Of a stretch of DNA of 64,000 bases, positions 38,315 through 48,076 are shown one piece after another (within the stretch, counting starts at the first letter, position 1; every line of letters begins with the position of its first letter). Origin of the DNA: a virus; the IMG/VR virus record IMGVR_UViG_3300045988_046531. One strand, written 5' to 3'. The translations under genes and the position numbers were made by a program. The notes under the pieces are model-generated. The model searched no databases and was not told where the DNA came from. It worked only from the letters and a program-made list of their open reading frames with translations.

Positions 38315-39256
38315 TATATAATTACATTTATAGAAATATTAGCTGTGTCACCTCCTATATATGCCTGATTTATTGGTATTTCAGTAGTTACCCCAGATTG
38401 GCATACTGCGTTATTTGTTACACTATCTGCATCTACAGTCACCCTGTATGTACTGAAATATCCAGTGAACAATAATTTAGAGACACTAGTTAAATCAGTT
38501 GGTAAATTAAAGTGGAAGTTTCTGTCAAAGAAAGTTGCCCCTTGATAGTCTAGAGTTCCAGACCTAGGAATTGTTATAAACCCATCTGGAACTCCATCTA
38601 TGTAAACATCTGCTACAAAGTCATATTCTTTGCATTATTTAATAGGAATGCTACGTAAGTATTACTTCCAATCACACTATTGCCAAACAAAGCTACATTT
38701 CTTATAACACCTGCTATAGGGTATACCACCATGGATGAAGCAGGAATATCTGGTGTAGCCGATGTGCTTTGACCATACATATTTATGATTGATATACCCA
38801 TTGTAGTGTCTGTAGTAGTGTTATTAAAGAATATTAGGGTGCTGCCGCTTAGTGAACCGTTTAATAAATCTATAGCGTCAGCAATACCCCCCCTTGGGAA
38901 GATTATCTACAAATTGCTGTTTAGTTATGCATCTATTATTCGCAACTCCGTCTAAGCTTAAGCCTTCCGCTCTAGCTTCTGCTGCTGTTACTAATTCGTT
39001 AGTCTTCTCCATAATTAGTCTTGGTATTCTCTTAAATTGCCAATTGTTACTTCAAATTCATCTGATTTCATATAAGGAGATATATCATCATCCTTAGCGG
39101 CTTCATTCAAACAGAATAAATCTGATGGGAATGATTGAGCCTTGATTCTTATTTGCTTGAGTAGTCTGGAATGTTTATTCTTAGACCATACCCAAACATC
39201 AAATATAAAGTTTCTCATACTGCGATTACTGTACTTTAATTCTTAAATGTTAAGTA

Positions 39257-39586
39257 CTATTTAAGTGTAGAAGCAACCCACTTTTGACTAGTAGCTTTAT
39301 TAAGGCTGAAACTCTGTAAACCATTACCTGTATCTACGCGTAATGTAAATATATTGCCTACTGGGAGTCCTATTATTGCTATATTAGTACACGTTGGTAT
39401 AGAATTAGCTATTCCATAATACAGTAACTGAAACGGGACCATGTCTGTCATATTAGACTTCACAATCTCCATTACTGCACTGTCGGCACTGTTAACCTCT
39501 ACATTACTACTTCTACCAGGATAAATCAAATCTTGTGTTGTTAAAACTAGGGTCTGAACCCCCCCCCATAGACTGAAGTGCATCAT
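39257..39586 (-). CDS. hypothetical protein with a 9-nt poly-G tract (plus-strand 39559-39567) at codons 7-9 (WGG)
   Basis: 109-aa ORF. Confidence 0.35.
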   Translation of the reverse strand: MMHFSLWGGVQTLVLTTQDLIYPGRSSNVEVNSADSAVMEIVKSNMTDMVPFQLLYYGIANSIPTCTNIAIIGLPVGNIFTLRVDTGNGLQSFSLNKATSQKWVASTLK

Positions 39587-39646
39587 TCACCTGTTTAGTG
39601 GTTGGGCATTTGTTGTCGTCGTTTTGTATTAAAGCCATAATAGTTA

Positions 39647-40027
39647 TTATTTGATTATTCTACGTTTAATTTGCATACCCCTATTAGCCATTAACATACC
39701 GCTACTTCTTTTGTTATTGGTATTACTAGCGAATGTATTATGGTAAGTGGCAATTTCATCATCTGTAAGAGTGTTAAATCCCGTAGGGATAATAGCACCT
39801 TTAGCTCTCATCTCTTGTATGTCAGTACCCTTTAATTGTCTGTTGGGATCAATATAATAGTTACCATTTGCATCTTTCATGTTCACATTAGCTCCTCTAA
39901 ATCCTTGTTGTTGAACATTAACTCTGTCTGGATTGTCTTTATTCTCCTTGGGATTAGGTCTTGCTACTGTTCCTTGCTGTGCCTTAATAATCCCTCTTCC
40001 TTTAGTTGATATTCTCATAATATCCAC
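39647..40027 (-). CDS. hypothetical protein
   Basis: 126-aa ORF. Confidence 0.35.
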   Translation of the reverse strand: MDIMRISTKGRGIIKAQQGTVARPNPKENKDNPDRVNVQQQGFRGANVNMKDANGNYYIDPNRQLKGTDIQEMRAKGAIIPTGFNTLTDDEIATYHNTFASNTNNKRSSGMLMANRGMQIKRRIIK

Positions 40028-40395
40028 TTAAACCAGCCATAGCTAAACGTCTTCCTATTAAGCTCTGGATGTTCAGCTACATACCTAGCTTCCCTTTCAA
40101 ATGATATGTTTCTATAGGCAGTGTGAGCATTGCCACTAGCTAGTAATTTAATAAACCACTCTATTACATACCATAAATAGAAGAATACTATTCCCATTTC
40201 TAACATCTGCTTTGTGTGAGTCTTCTCATGTGTAACTGTAGCTTGACTCATTCTCTTTATATAATCCTCACTCCTAGTAAACATAATACCACAAATATTC
40301 ATAAATGAATATCCTTTTACTGGAAGTAATGGGTTGATAAAGAATAGCAATCCTTTAGATTTGTCGTACTTAAATTTCATAGTTAGTGCTTCCAT
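40015..40395 (-). CDS. small putative zinc metallopeptidase-like protein (HEKTH = HExxH)
   Basis: ATVTHEKTHTKQ motif followed by a hydrophobic segment. Confidence 0.3.
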   Translation of the reverse strand: MEALTMKFKYDKSKGLLFFINPLLPVKGYSFMNICGIMFTRSEDYIKRMSQATVTHEKTHTKQMLEMGIVFFYLWYVIEWFIKLLASGNAHTAYRNISFEREARYVAEHPELNRKTFSYGWFKWIL

Positions 40396-40682
40396 TTAGC
40401 GGCATTTCTAGCGAAATTAGCTCTCTTCTTCTGTAACGGAGTTGCATTAGGATTGTTAAGTACAGACCTAGCATGTTCTTGAACACTCTGTCCAGCTTTC
40501 TTAGCTGATGCCGTAAATTTGCCGCGATTCTTCTTCTTAATATGAATCTTGCTTCCACTTTTATCTTTCCTTACTAACTTGTTACCACATCTAAACATAG
40601 GAACCTCTTCTAGGTCCGCATCATCGAGTAACTCTTTCAGAGCCTCATTAATTCTTGATAATTCCTCTGCGTTAAATTCCAT
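40383..40682 (-). CDS. hypothetical basic protein
   Basis: 99-aa ORF. Confidence 0.35.
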   Translation of the reverse strand: MEFNAEELSRINEALKELLDDADLEEVPMFRCGNKLVRKDKSGSKIHIKKKNRGKFTASAKKAGQSVQEHARSVLNNPNATPLQKKRANFARNAAKWKH

Positions 40683-40843
40683 AATTAAATTACATGTTAA
40701 ATCACTTTTTTATTCACAAAGGTATTGCTAAATTTGCACATTATCAAACAAATCAGATGAATTAATGATTTAAGGTGTCAATGTAAATAAGTAATAAAGA
40801 AACTAAACTATTATTAATCTCTAACCTTTAAATCAATAGATTA

Positions 40844-41602
40844 ATGTTATTGGGCAAACTAAAAGAGGTGTACAGGTGGATTGACAGTTGGAGTTCTGGT
40901 GTTAAGACGATAATCATTATAATGCTTGCATTCTTGATGGTAGAGCTTCATTTCTCTTCACACACTAAAGCTATTTTAGAAGATTATAGACAGGCAGCTG
41001 TTACGGAGAAGGTATTAGCTGAGAAATATACAGAGATGATTACTCCACAAGTTAACGGGCACATAGAGCATATTCTTATGGAAGATAAGGATGCGTCGAA
41101 TGTCTTGTTATTGAATTACCATAATACCTTACAAAGTACACATGGTTTATCATATCGCTATTTAACAGCTCTTACAGAGAAGAGAAGAGGGTATGAAACT
41201 AAGGCAACTATTAAGATATGGAAAGAGTTGGAGTATATTAACTACAGTGATGAGCTTGAAAGGATTAATGACAATCAATTCGTCAGAATGGATACTATTG
41301 AGAACTATCGTAGAACGTTCCCTAATTTAGTAGCTTTATTAGAGGACTCTGGGGCAAAATCTGCTGCGATGTACCCGATAGTAGGTATTGATGGACCAAT
41401 AGGGTTAGTAGTAATTATCTATCCTAACGACAAGGAATACTATTTAGGATACTACAATTCTGTTATTGCTCCATGCATTCAGCCTTTATCTACATTACTA
41501 GATTATAACTCAATTAGGAAGAAATTTAAAATGGATTATGAAAGTAGACAAGAGGAACAAGGAAATATGTTACAACGATTCTTCCCATATGTATTGGAGT
41601 GA
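40844..41602 (+). CDS. hypothetical protein
   Basis: 252-aa ORF, first gene of the rightward block. Confidence 0.45.
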   Translation: MLLGKLKEVYRWIDSWSSGVKTIIIIMLAFLMVELHFSSHTKAILEDYRQAAVTEKVLAEKYTEMITPQVNGHIEHILMEDKDASNVLLLNYHNTLQSTHGLSYRYLTALTEKRRGYETKATIKIWKELEYINYSDELERINDNQFVRMDTIENYRRTFPNLVALLEDSGAKSAAMYPIVGIDGPIGLVVIIYPNDKEYYLGYYNSVIAPCIQPLSTLLDYNSIRKKFKMDYESRQEEQGNMLQRFFPYVLE

Positions 41603-42461
41603 AATTGACAATACTATATACACTTCAGTAACAACAATGATACATGAGTTCTGTCAAAAGTTCGACAGTGATTTCTGGTCGCAGTACAAAGCATTACAGA
41701 AGCTATTAAGTGCTGAACAGTTTGCCATGGAGAAGAAGAGACTATTAGAAACTAAACGTTTTGATAAGAAGTACTTCTTAGACATGTATGATTTAAATGA
41801 GACGGAGTTTAATTCTGCACAACAGGATATACTGGATGAGTGGTCTAAAACTAATGCCGATTCCAAGGAAAGAGGTACAAAGATTCATAGTGATTTGGAA
41901 CATCAATACTTAGGTAAGAGTTCATGCCAAATGAGAAGTTACGGTTTAGGCGGAACTTTTGAAGTTAATACTAATGAATCTTTAGAGAAGAATAACTTAG
42001 ACCTACTAAGCATAGAAAGAGGAGTCTTCCCTGAATATATGATATATAGAAGGTCGGACGACAATAAGTTTAGGTTGGCAGGTCAAATTGACTTACTTAT
42101 TAAGGACGGAAATGACATTTACATTGTTGACTACAAGACTAATAAAAGTATTGACGAGAAATCTTACTTTGATACCAGGACTAAGAAGAGTCAAATGATG
42201 AAGTATCCTATGAATAATTTAATGGACTGTAATAAAGTACATTATACTTTACAACTATCTACCTATGCATGGATGCTTCAGAAATTAAATCCTGATTTTG
42301 TTATTAAGAAGTTATTGCTTATACATTATGACCATAATGGTAACGTTACAGAACATGAGTTAGATTACCTTAAAGATGATGTAGAACGTATGTGTAAGCA
42401 TTGGAAGAAGCAGTGTATACTTGAGGAAATCAAGGAGAAGAGAAAGCCTATAGAGTTCTAA
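41538..42461 (+). CDS. PD-(D/E)XK nuclease-family protein (exonuclease / Cas4-RecB-like fold)
   Basis: GQIDLL ... IYIVDYKTNKS gives the D ... (D/E)xK arrangement. Confidence 0.45.
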   Translation: MKVDKRNKEICYNDSSHMYWSEIDNTIYTSVTTMIHEFCQKFDSDFWSQYKALQKLLSAEQFAMEKKRLLETKRFDKKYFLDMYDLNETEFNSAQQDILDEWSKTNADSKERGTKIHSDLEHQYLGKSSCQMRSYGLGGTFEVNTNESLEKNNLDLLSIERGVFPEYMIYRRSDDNKFRLAGQIDLLIKDGNDIYIVDYKTNKSIDEKSYFDTRTKKSQMMKYPMNNLMDCNKVHYTLQLSTYAWMLQKLNPDFVIKKLLLIHYDHNGNVTEHELDYLKDDVERMCKHWKKQCILEEIKEKRKPIEF

Positions 42462-42547
42462 TGAGCTAGTTCATAATCATAGAGTATCTTTCAAACTGGG
42501 ATTTGAGATATTAAAAGTAAAGTATAATTAAAGCTCATTAGAAATCT

Positions 42548-42817
42548 ATGGGAATTACTAATATTGTAAATGGACACTTAAATGAGTTACTAGGTAATAA
42601 CGAAGAAATAGCTAGGGCTCGTATTAGAATATGTAAGAAGTGTCCTATTATGAAGGATTCATTTATAGGGTATGTATGCAGTAGTAAACTGTGGCTGAAC
42701 CCTAAAACAGGAGATATATCAACAGAACGTAAAGATGGTTATAAACGTGGATGCGGGTGTAGACTTAATGCTAAAGTTAGAGATATTAAGTCTTCATGTC
42801 CAGCATGTAAATGGTAA
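42548..42817 (+). CDS. small zinc-ribbon protein (CxxC ... CxxC)
   Basis: CKKCP ... CGCRLN ... CPACKW. Confidence 0.4.
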   Translation: MGITNIVNGHLNELLGNNEEIARARIRICKKCPIMKDSFIGYVCSSKLWLNPKTGDISTERKDGYKRGCGCRLNAKVRDIKSSCPACKW

Positions 42818-42829
42818 ATGATTTAAATT

Positions 42830-43381
42830 ATGAGTAATAACGGAACAATGGATGTAATGTTTGGGGGTAAAGGATTAAGCTTTGCCGGTGCAGATGGATT
42901 TAAAGATTTAAAGAAAGAAGCTGCTGTGGAAGCACATAATAAAGCAGTAGATACTTACACTAAAGCACTTAATAAGAACATTAAAGATGAATTGGAGAAA
43001 GCGGAGGAAGTAACAGAGAAGATGAATAGTATGGAAATTATGCCTATTAATTCATACGTATTGGTTAGACCTTATGCTAAGAATCCGTATCAAAAGATAG
43101 AAGTGACTAAAGGCGGACTTATTATACCAGAATATGACGGAGCATTTAAGAATCCAGACACCGGAGAGAAAGATACAGAGTATCAACTTTCAGTTGTAGC
43201 TAATGTTATAGAAGTAAGTCCTTTGTGTAAGTTTATTAAACCGGGAGACGATATATATTATAGGCGTTCTTCTGGAGTACCTGTTCCGTTCTTCAGACAA
43301 GGATTTGAAGTTGTAGCTGAACAGCAAGTGCAGGTGGTTATTAATGAAGGTTTAAAAGAACGATTTAAAAGTATAGAATAA
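42830..43381 (+). CDS. hypothetical protein
   Basis: 183-aa ORF. Confidence 0.4.
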   Translation: MSNNGTMDVMFGGKGLSFAGADGFKDLKKEAAVEAHNKAVDTYTKALNKNIKDELEKAEEVTEKMNSMEIMPINSYVLVRPYAKNPYQKIEVTKGGLIIPEYDGAFKNPDTGEKDTEYQLSVVANVIEVSPLCKFIKPGDDIYYRRSSGVPVPFFRQGFEVVAEQQVQVVINEGLKERFKSIE

Positions 43382-43605
43382 TGGAAGAGAAAGTGTTTTA
43401 TCAACCAGGAGATGTAGTAACATTAAGACAAGACATCCCATATAAACCTCAGATGATTGTAGTTAAGAAAGAGACGATGACGTTTAGACCATCTAAGGAT
43501 GAGAAGAAAGATGAATATTTCAAGGGTATTAGATGTAGATGGTTCTCTACAAGAGGAGAGCTACAAGAAGCTATCTTTAATACTAAAGACTTAATTAAAC
43601 TATAA
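43381..43605 (+). CDS. hypothetical protein
   Basis: 74-aa ORF with an overlapping start/stop. Confidence 0.35.
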   Translation: MEEKVFYQPGDVVTLRQDIPYKPQMIVVKKETMTFRPSKDEKKDEYFKGIRCRWFSTRGELQEAIFNTKDLIKL

Positions 43606-44432
43606 TGGCAACTAAGTTTCAACAAGGTGGGCAGGACGACCAAGAGTTGTTCTCTGCCTACCTTATTAAGTTATTTAAGCCTAAGTCTCAGCAGGAGTTT
43701 GAGGATACTATATCCAAACTCTCAGAGAGGGAAATTAATGAAATCTATAAACAATACAAGAGTATGGAGAATAATCAAACTATCATGGCTAAGATGGGAG
43801 CCAAAATTAACTACATTAGCAGATTGCAAGGTAAGTGTCCAGAAGGTTATGAGGTAGAGAGATTCATGGCTGGAGGATGTGTTAAATGTAGAAGGAAAGC
43901 AATGGCTGAAGGCAGTAAAGCTATGGACGTATTCAAAGATAAATGTGGAGGTAAAGCCAAGAGACGCATTAAGAAGAGCGAGAATGGTGATAAAATAGCA
44001 GTTAATAAGACTGATACTGTACACACCAGTAAGGGAGTATATAATGTTAGTAATAAGAAGCTCCCTTATAAGAAGATGTCCAAAGCAGATTACAAAGGAC
44101 TACCTTTAAAAGACAAAATGAAAGTTGATATGAAAGACCAGGCCAACGGCAGAGGTGCTAGCGGAGCAGGTGCAACTAGAGGTAGTAATATAGGTAAAAA
44201 GTTAAGCGGTGGCACTATTACTTCGTTCAAGTGCGGAGGAATGGCTAAGAAGAGAATTAAGAAGAATATGGGCGGAACTGTTAGCAATAAATGGAGTATT
44301 CCTAGTAAAGCTAGTGGTGATGCTATTAAACACATTAAAGGCGGACCAGGCTCGGCAGATAGCACTAGAGAAATGAAATTTAACGGATTTCAGAAGAAAG
44401 CACTAGCTGGTAAGCCTTATAAAAGCAAATAA
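43605..44432 (+). CDS. Lys/Gly-rich basic protein (possible DNA-binding or internal virion protein)
   Basis: 275 aa with repeated GGxAKKRIKK-like basic blocks. Confidence 0.4.
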   Translation: MATKFQQGGQDDQELFSAYLIKLFKPKSQQEFEDTISKLSEREINEIYKQYKSMENNQTIMAKMGAKINYISRLQGKCPEGYEVERFMAGGCVKCRRKAMAEGSKAMDVFKDKCGGKAKRRIKKSENGDKIAVNKTDTVHTSKGVYNVSNKKLPYKKMSKADYKGLPLKDKMKVDMKDQANGRGASGAGATRGSNIGKKLSGGTITSFKCGGMAKKRIKKNMGGTVSNKWSIPSKASGDAIKHIKGGPGSADSTREMKFNGFQKKALAGKPYKSK

Positions 44433-44434
44433 GT

Positions 44435-45010
44435 ATGAAAGTATTCCTATTTGATAATGGTACTAATTCAGTGATTGTGAATGAGCCAGAGGTTCTTCTT
44501 ATTAAGGAGTTCGCAGCTCTATGGACTAATGAAAGGAATAAGACCAAAGAAGACCCTACGGGAGTTTGCAAATCAAGAGCTTATAGAGAGCTTGTTTACA
44601 TATGGCTAATGTTAGATTGGGCATCTCCATACTCTGATTATACAGAACAAGAAAGGCATCAATCATGTCTTCAGGATGCTAATTTAAGTGAAGAGGAATG
44701 GGCAGACCCAATCTTCAGAGCCGCATGTAGGAAATATAGAGATATTCAAAACGAATCTAGAGCACTTAAACTTATTAAGTCTGCTCAAAGTGTAGTTGAT
44801 AGAATTACTGATTACTTTGACACCATAGATTTATCTGAAAGAGACCCAGTTACTAATAGACCTGTTTGGAAAGTGGCTGATGTAATGAAAGAAATGCAGT
44901 CAGTTTCTAAGGTTATAGAAGAACTTAAAACTCTTGAGTATATGTACAAGAAAGAGCAAGAGGAAGAGACTGGTATCAGAGGTGAAGGTAAGAAAGGACA
45001 TTTAGATTAA
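44435..45010 (+). CDS. hypothetical protein; terminase small subunit candidate by position only
   Basis: 191-aa ORF immediately upstream of terL exon 1. Confidence 0.3.
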   Translation: MKVFLFDNGTNSVIVNEPEVLLIKEFAALWTNERNKTKEDPTGVCKSRAYRELVYIWLMLDWASPYSDYTEQERHQSCLQDANLSEEEWADPIFRAACRKYRDIQNESRALKLIKSAQSVVDRITDYFDTIDLSERDPVTNRPVWKVADVMKEMQSVSKVIEELKTLEYMYKKEQEEETGIRGEGKKGHLD

Positions 45011-45012
45011 TT

Positions 45013-45600
45013 ATGGCTGGACGTGGCAGACCTAAGAAGAAAGTCGAAATTCCAGAAACAGTTCAAGAGTTAATACAGAGAGTAGAACCAGAGCTAATAG
45101 AAGCTGTTCAACATATAAATCCTGTCATAGAGGACAATTCAATTAAAACATCTAATGTTGAATGGGATGTATCATTAGATACCGAGATTAAGCATTTCGA
45201 CCCTACTCTATCTTATGAGCTGACTGGATATCGACCAGTGGATGAAGAAAGAGGATTGGATTTTAATCCAGAGTGGTTCACTGAAGCTAGACAGATTAAA
45301 CTAAGAAACGGTAAATACTGTGCTTATCCGGAGGGAACAAAGAAGTATAATGACTTTTGGGACGAAGAGGTTAGAAGATGTAATCGAGGATATGAATCAC
45401 ATGGGTATAGAATCACAGGTGATAATTACTTCTTCCTTAATTATTATAGGTTGAAAAATACTGATGTGTCTCAAGCTGGTGCTGGTCGTGAAACTACATT
45501 CCCTTCATTCTTTAGTAAGCAGTATGAGTACTTCCATTACATAGAAATGTGTGAGAAGTTGAAGAAGGATGTGTGCGCCCTTAAAGCTCGTGGAGTCGGT
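45013..45600 (+). CDS. terL: terminase large subunit, exon 1 (N-terminal region ending in the first half of Walker A, ...ALKARGVG)
   Basis: The ORF ends with RGVG; the next 3 nt (TGA at 45601) begin the inserted element. RGVG followed by KS at 46574 gives RGVGKS, like the T4 gp17 deviant Walker A RQLGKT. Confidence 0.5.
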
Positions 45601-46573
45601 TGACACAATAAACTAAAGCCGACTATAAATTCCGCAAAATCGGTGAAGACTAACGTGATTAATCACTTATTAAATTTAATATTATGACTAAGAAGGAACA
45701 ATTAAAATTTATTGAGGATAACTATCCCTTATACAACAATCATATATCTAACAGAAGAATAAGACATACATTCTTCGATACAATCGAAACTGAACTACAA
45801 GCTTATCTGCTTGGATTTTATGCCGCTGATGGCAGTATTGATGAGAAACGCAAAACCTTAAGAGTTCATTTGCAGTCTGGAGATTCTGAAATAGTGTACT
45901 TATTTAAAGATAGTATAAGTCCAGACGCTAGAACGTTTACCGTAGCACCACATATTGTAACTGGAAGAAACGGTATGAAAGTAAATGCCCATGCATCATT
46001 TGGAGTTGACATTACTAGTTCCAAATTATGTAATGCCTTAGTAGACTTAGGGATAGGATATAATAAAAGCGTAGCAGAACTCAAAATTCCAAGCATTCCT
46101 GAGGACCTTGTGAAACATTTCATCAGAGGTTATTTTGATGGAGATGGGTGTATTACTGGATGGTTAGCTACAGAGAAGGGTAAAGCTGACAGAGTTAGAT
46201 ATAAGTTTGATATATGTAGTAAAACAATTACTATGTTGTCTGATATACAGAAGGTTCTTTCTAAGAATGATATTAATGTAAATATTAATTATCTTAAACG
46301 TGATGATATGTATAGGATATCTACTTCATCTAAAAGCGAAGTGAGTAAACTATATCATTATCTATATAATGATGCTAATTTCTATTTATCAAGAAAGTTT
46401 AATAAGTTTAGTTACTATGTTAATACCGAGGTAAGTCAGCTCATCGCTGACCACCGTAACGCGCAGGAGGTGAACGTTAATGAGAGTAATAATCCTCCCA
46501 CGAGTGCGGAACATTCTATAAAAGAATGAATATGTGCGCTGACCTTATAGGAAACTATAAGAAGTATAGGATA
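45601..46573 (+). mobile_element. intron-like insertion carrying a LAGLIDADG homing endonuclease gene (probable group I intron); the 3' boundary is approximate (46573-46597)
   Basis: The last exon nucleotides GTCGGT (45595-45600) can pair with GCCGAC (45618-45623) with a terminal U-G, as in a group I P1 helix. About 30 nt upstream and 70 nt downstream of the HEG ORF are about 85 percent identical to the flanks of the second element at 48074-49036, which is more conserved than the two HEG proteins. Confidence 0.5.
45684..46529 (+). CDS. LAGLIDADG homing endonuclease (two-motif, single-chain type)
   Basis: YLLGFYAADGSI and FIRGYFDGDGCI motifs. Confidence 0.85.
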   Translation: MTKKEQLKFIEDNYPLYNNHISNRRIRHTFFDTIETELQAYLLGFYAADGSIDEKRKTLRVHLQSGDSEIVYLFKDSISPDARTFTVAPHIVTGRNGMKVNAHASFGVDITSSKLCNALVDLGIGYNKSVAELKIPSIPEDLVKHFIRGYFDGDGCITGWLATEKGKADRVRYKFDICSKTITMLSDIQKVLSKNDINVNINYLKRDDMYRISTSSKSEVSKLYHYLYNDANFYLSRKFNKFSYYVNTEVSQLIADHRNAQEVNVNESNNPPTSAEHSIKE

Positions 46574-48076
46574 AAAAGCCTATACGGTAACAAAGTGTTT
46601 AGTGAAATTGCAGCATCTTTAGGAGTTAGGTTATATACAACTGTTAGAGGTTCACATACAGTATATGTAGCATTTACCGAGAAGTTCGTTAGTGACGTGC
46701 TTCGTAAATGCTGGGAACAACTTGAATATTTAAATGCTGATACAGAAGGTGGTATGAGACATCTAAGACAGAAGTATAATTCTGATATGCATAAGAGAGC
46801 TTCTCTTCTTACTAAGGATAGAGAAGAATTTGGATTCATGTCAGATATTATTGGCTTCGTAGTAGATGTTCCTCGTAAGCTACGTGGAGACCGTGTGGAT
46901 AGATTGTTCTTTGAAGAATCTGGTTCTAACCCAATCCTAGTAAAGACTTACTTACAGAGTACGGCTCTTGTAGAAATTCTAGGTAATAAGTTTGGAACTA
47001 GATTTGTGTGGGGAACAGGTGGAGACCAGGGACCTGCACTTGACGGACTTAGTAAGATGTTTTATAATCCAGCTGGTTATAATTTCTTACCTTACAAACA
47101 CAACCATACTAAAGACGGGTCTTATGCTTTTACCTCATTCTTTATACCTGCTTACACATTTGTAGCAGCAAATGGATATGTAGACGATAGAGGGGTTACT
47201 AATACTGCGAAGGCTAAGAAATTCTATTTAGACCAAAGAGAGGCTCTACTAGCTAACCCGAAGGAGCATTTAATTGCATGTGCAGAGTTCTGTTTTACTC
47301 CTGATGATGCTTTGGCTCTTGAAGGAGATAATCAGTTCAATACTGTATTGTTAAGTGAGCAACTTGCTAATATCAAACTACATAAACTAGGACCACATAT
47401 TGATGTAGGTCAGTTAGAGTATAACTTCACTAACAACCAGCACACAGAAGAAGCAATTGACAGTGTAAGATTTGTTAGTAACCCCAAAGGTAAAGTGAAG
47501 ATACTTGAACATCCGATTAAAGGAGAGCATGGAGCTGTGCCTAAAAATCTATATGTTGCTGGTATTGACGGCATTGATATGGGTGGTGAGGACACTTCTG
47601 ATAAGACTCAAGACCCTTCTGATTTCTGTGTAGTAGTTAAGAAGAGAGCCTATGGGTTAGATGAACCTAAAATAGTGTGCTATTATAGGGACAGACCTAA
47701 GACTTTACGTGAAGCACATATGACATGTCTTAAGATATTGCAGTATTACGATTGCCAAGCAGTTCTTGAATCTACTAGAATGTCTACTCTGCAATTCTTT
47801 AGAGAGAAACATAAAGAGAATAGACATTTGATGAGAAGACCTAGAGCTACTCAATCTGACATACAAGGAGGTCGTAGTAAACAATTCGGAGCTCCTGCTA
47901 CTGAAGTAGTAATTAGGCATCAATTAGATTTAATAGCTCAACATATAGAAGATTATTGTCATAATATATGGTTTGAAGAAATTCTAGAAGAAGCAATTAA
48001 ATACAGTTATGAAAACAAACGTAAGTTTGATATTATAGCTGCATGGGGGATAGAATGTTGTCCCTCCTCATGGTAA
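46574..48076 (+). CDS. terL: terminase large subunit, exon 2 (rest of ATPase domain with Walker B LFFEE, plus RNaseH-like nuclease domain); the ORF track starts it at 46526 but the first 48 nt belong to the conserved element flank
   Basis: VDRLFFEESG (hhhhDE Walker B) about 105 aa after the KS start; LYVAGIDGIDMGGEDTSDKTQDPSDFCVVVKKR resembles a terminase nuclease-domain acidic motif. Confidence 0.6.
   Translation, partial: KSLYGNKVFSEIAASLGVRLYTTVRGSHTVYVAFTEKFVSDVLRKCWEQLEYLNADTEGGMRHLRQKYNSDMHKRASLLTKDREEFGFMSDIIGFVVDVPRKLRGDRVDRLFFEESGSNPILVKTYLQSTALVEILGNKFGTRFVWGTGGDQGPALDGLSKMFYNPAGYNFLPYKHNHTKDGSYAFTSFFIPAYTFVAANGYVDDRGVTNTAKAKKFYLDQREALLANPKEHLIACAEFCFTPDDALALEGDNQFNTVLLSEQLANIKLHKLGPHIDVGQLEYNFTNNQHTEEAIDSVRFVSNPKGKVKILEHPIKGEHGAVPKNLYVAGIDGIDMGGEDTSDKTQDPSDFCVVVKKRAYGLDEPKIVCYYRDRPKTLREAHMTCLKILQYYDCQAVLESTRMSTLQFFREKHKENRHLMRRPRATQSDIQGGRSKQFGAPATEVVIRHQLDLIAQHIEDYCHNIWFEEILEEAIKYSYENKRKFDIIAAWGIECCPSSW

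Noticed and set aside
40727-40734. TAAATTTG as a Bacteroides -7 promoter element for the rightward block
   Set aside because: It matches TAnnTTTG but lies about 110 nt upstream of the first ATG, with no clear -33 TTTG at the right spacing; kept only as a weak hint for a Bacteroidota host
46526-46573. ATG at 46526 as the true start of the terminase ATPase/nuclease ORF
   Set aside because: The first 48 nt are about 85 percent identical to the 3' flank of the second HEG element, where the same frame terminates after 11 codons; the sequence therefore belongs to the mobile element, and KS at 46574 completes the Walker A begun in exon 1
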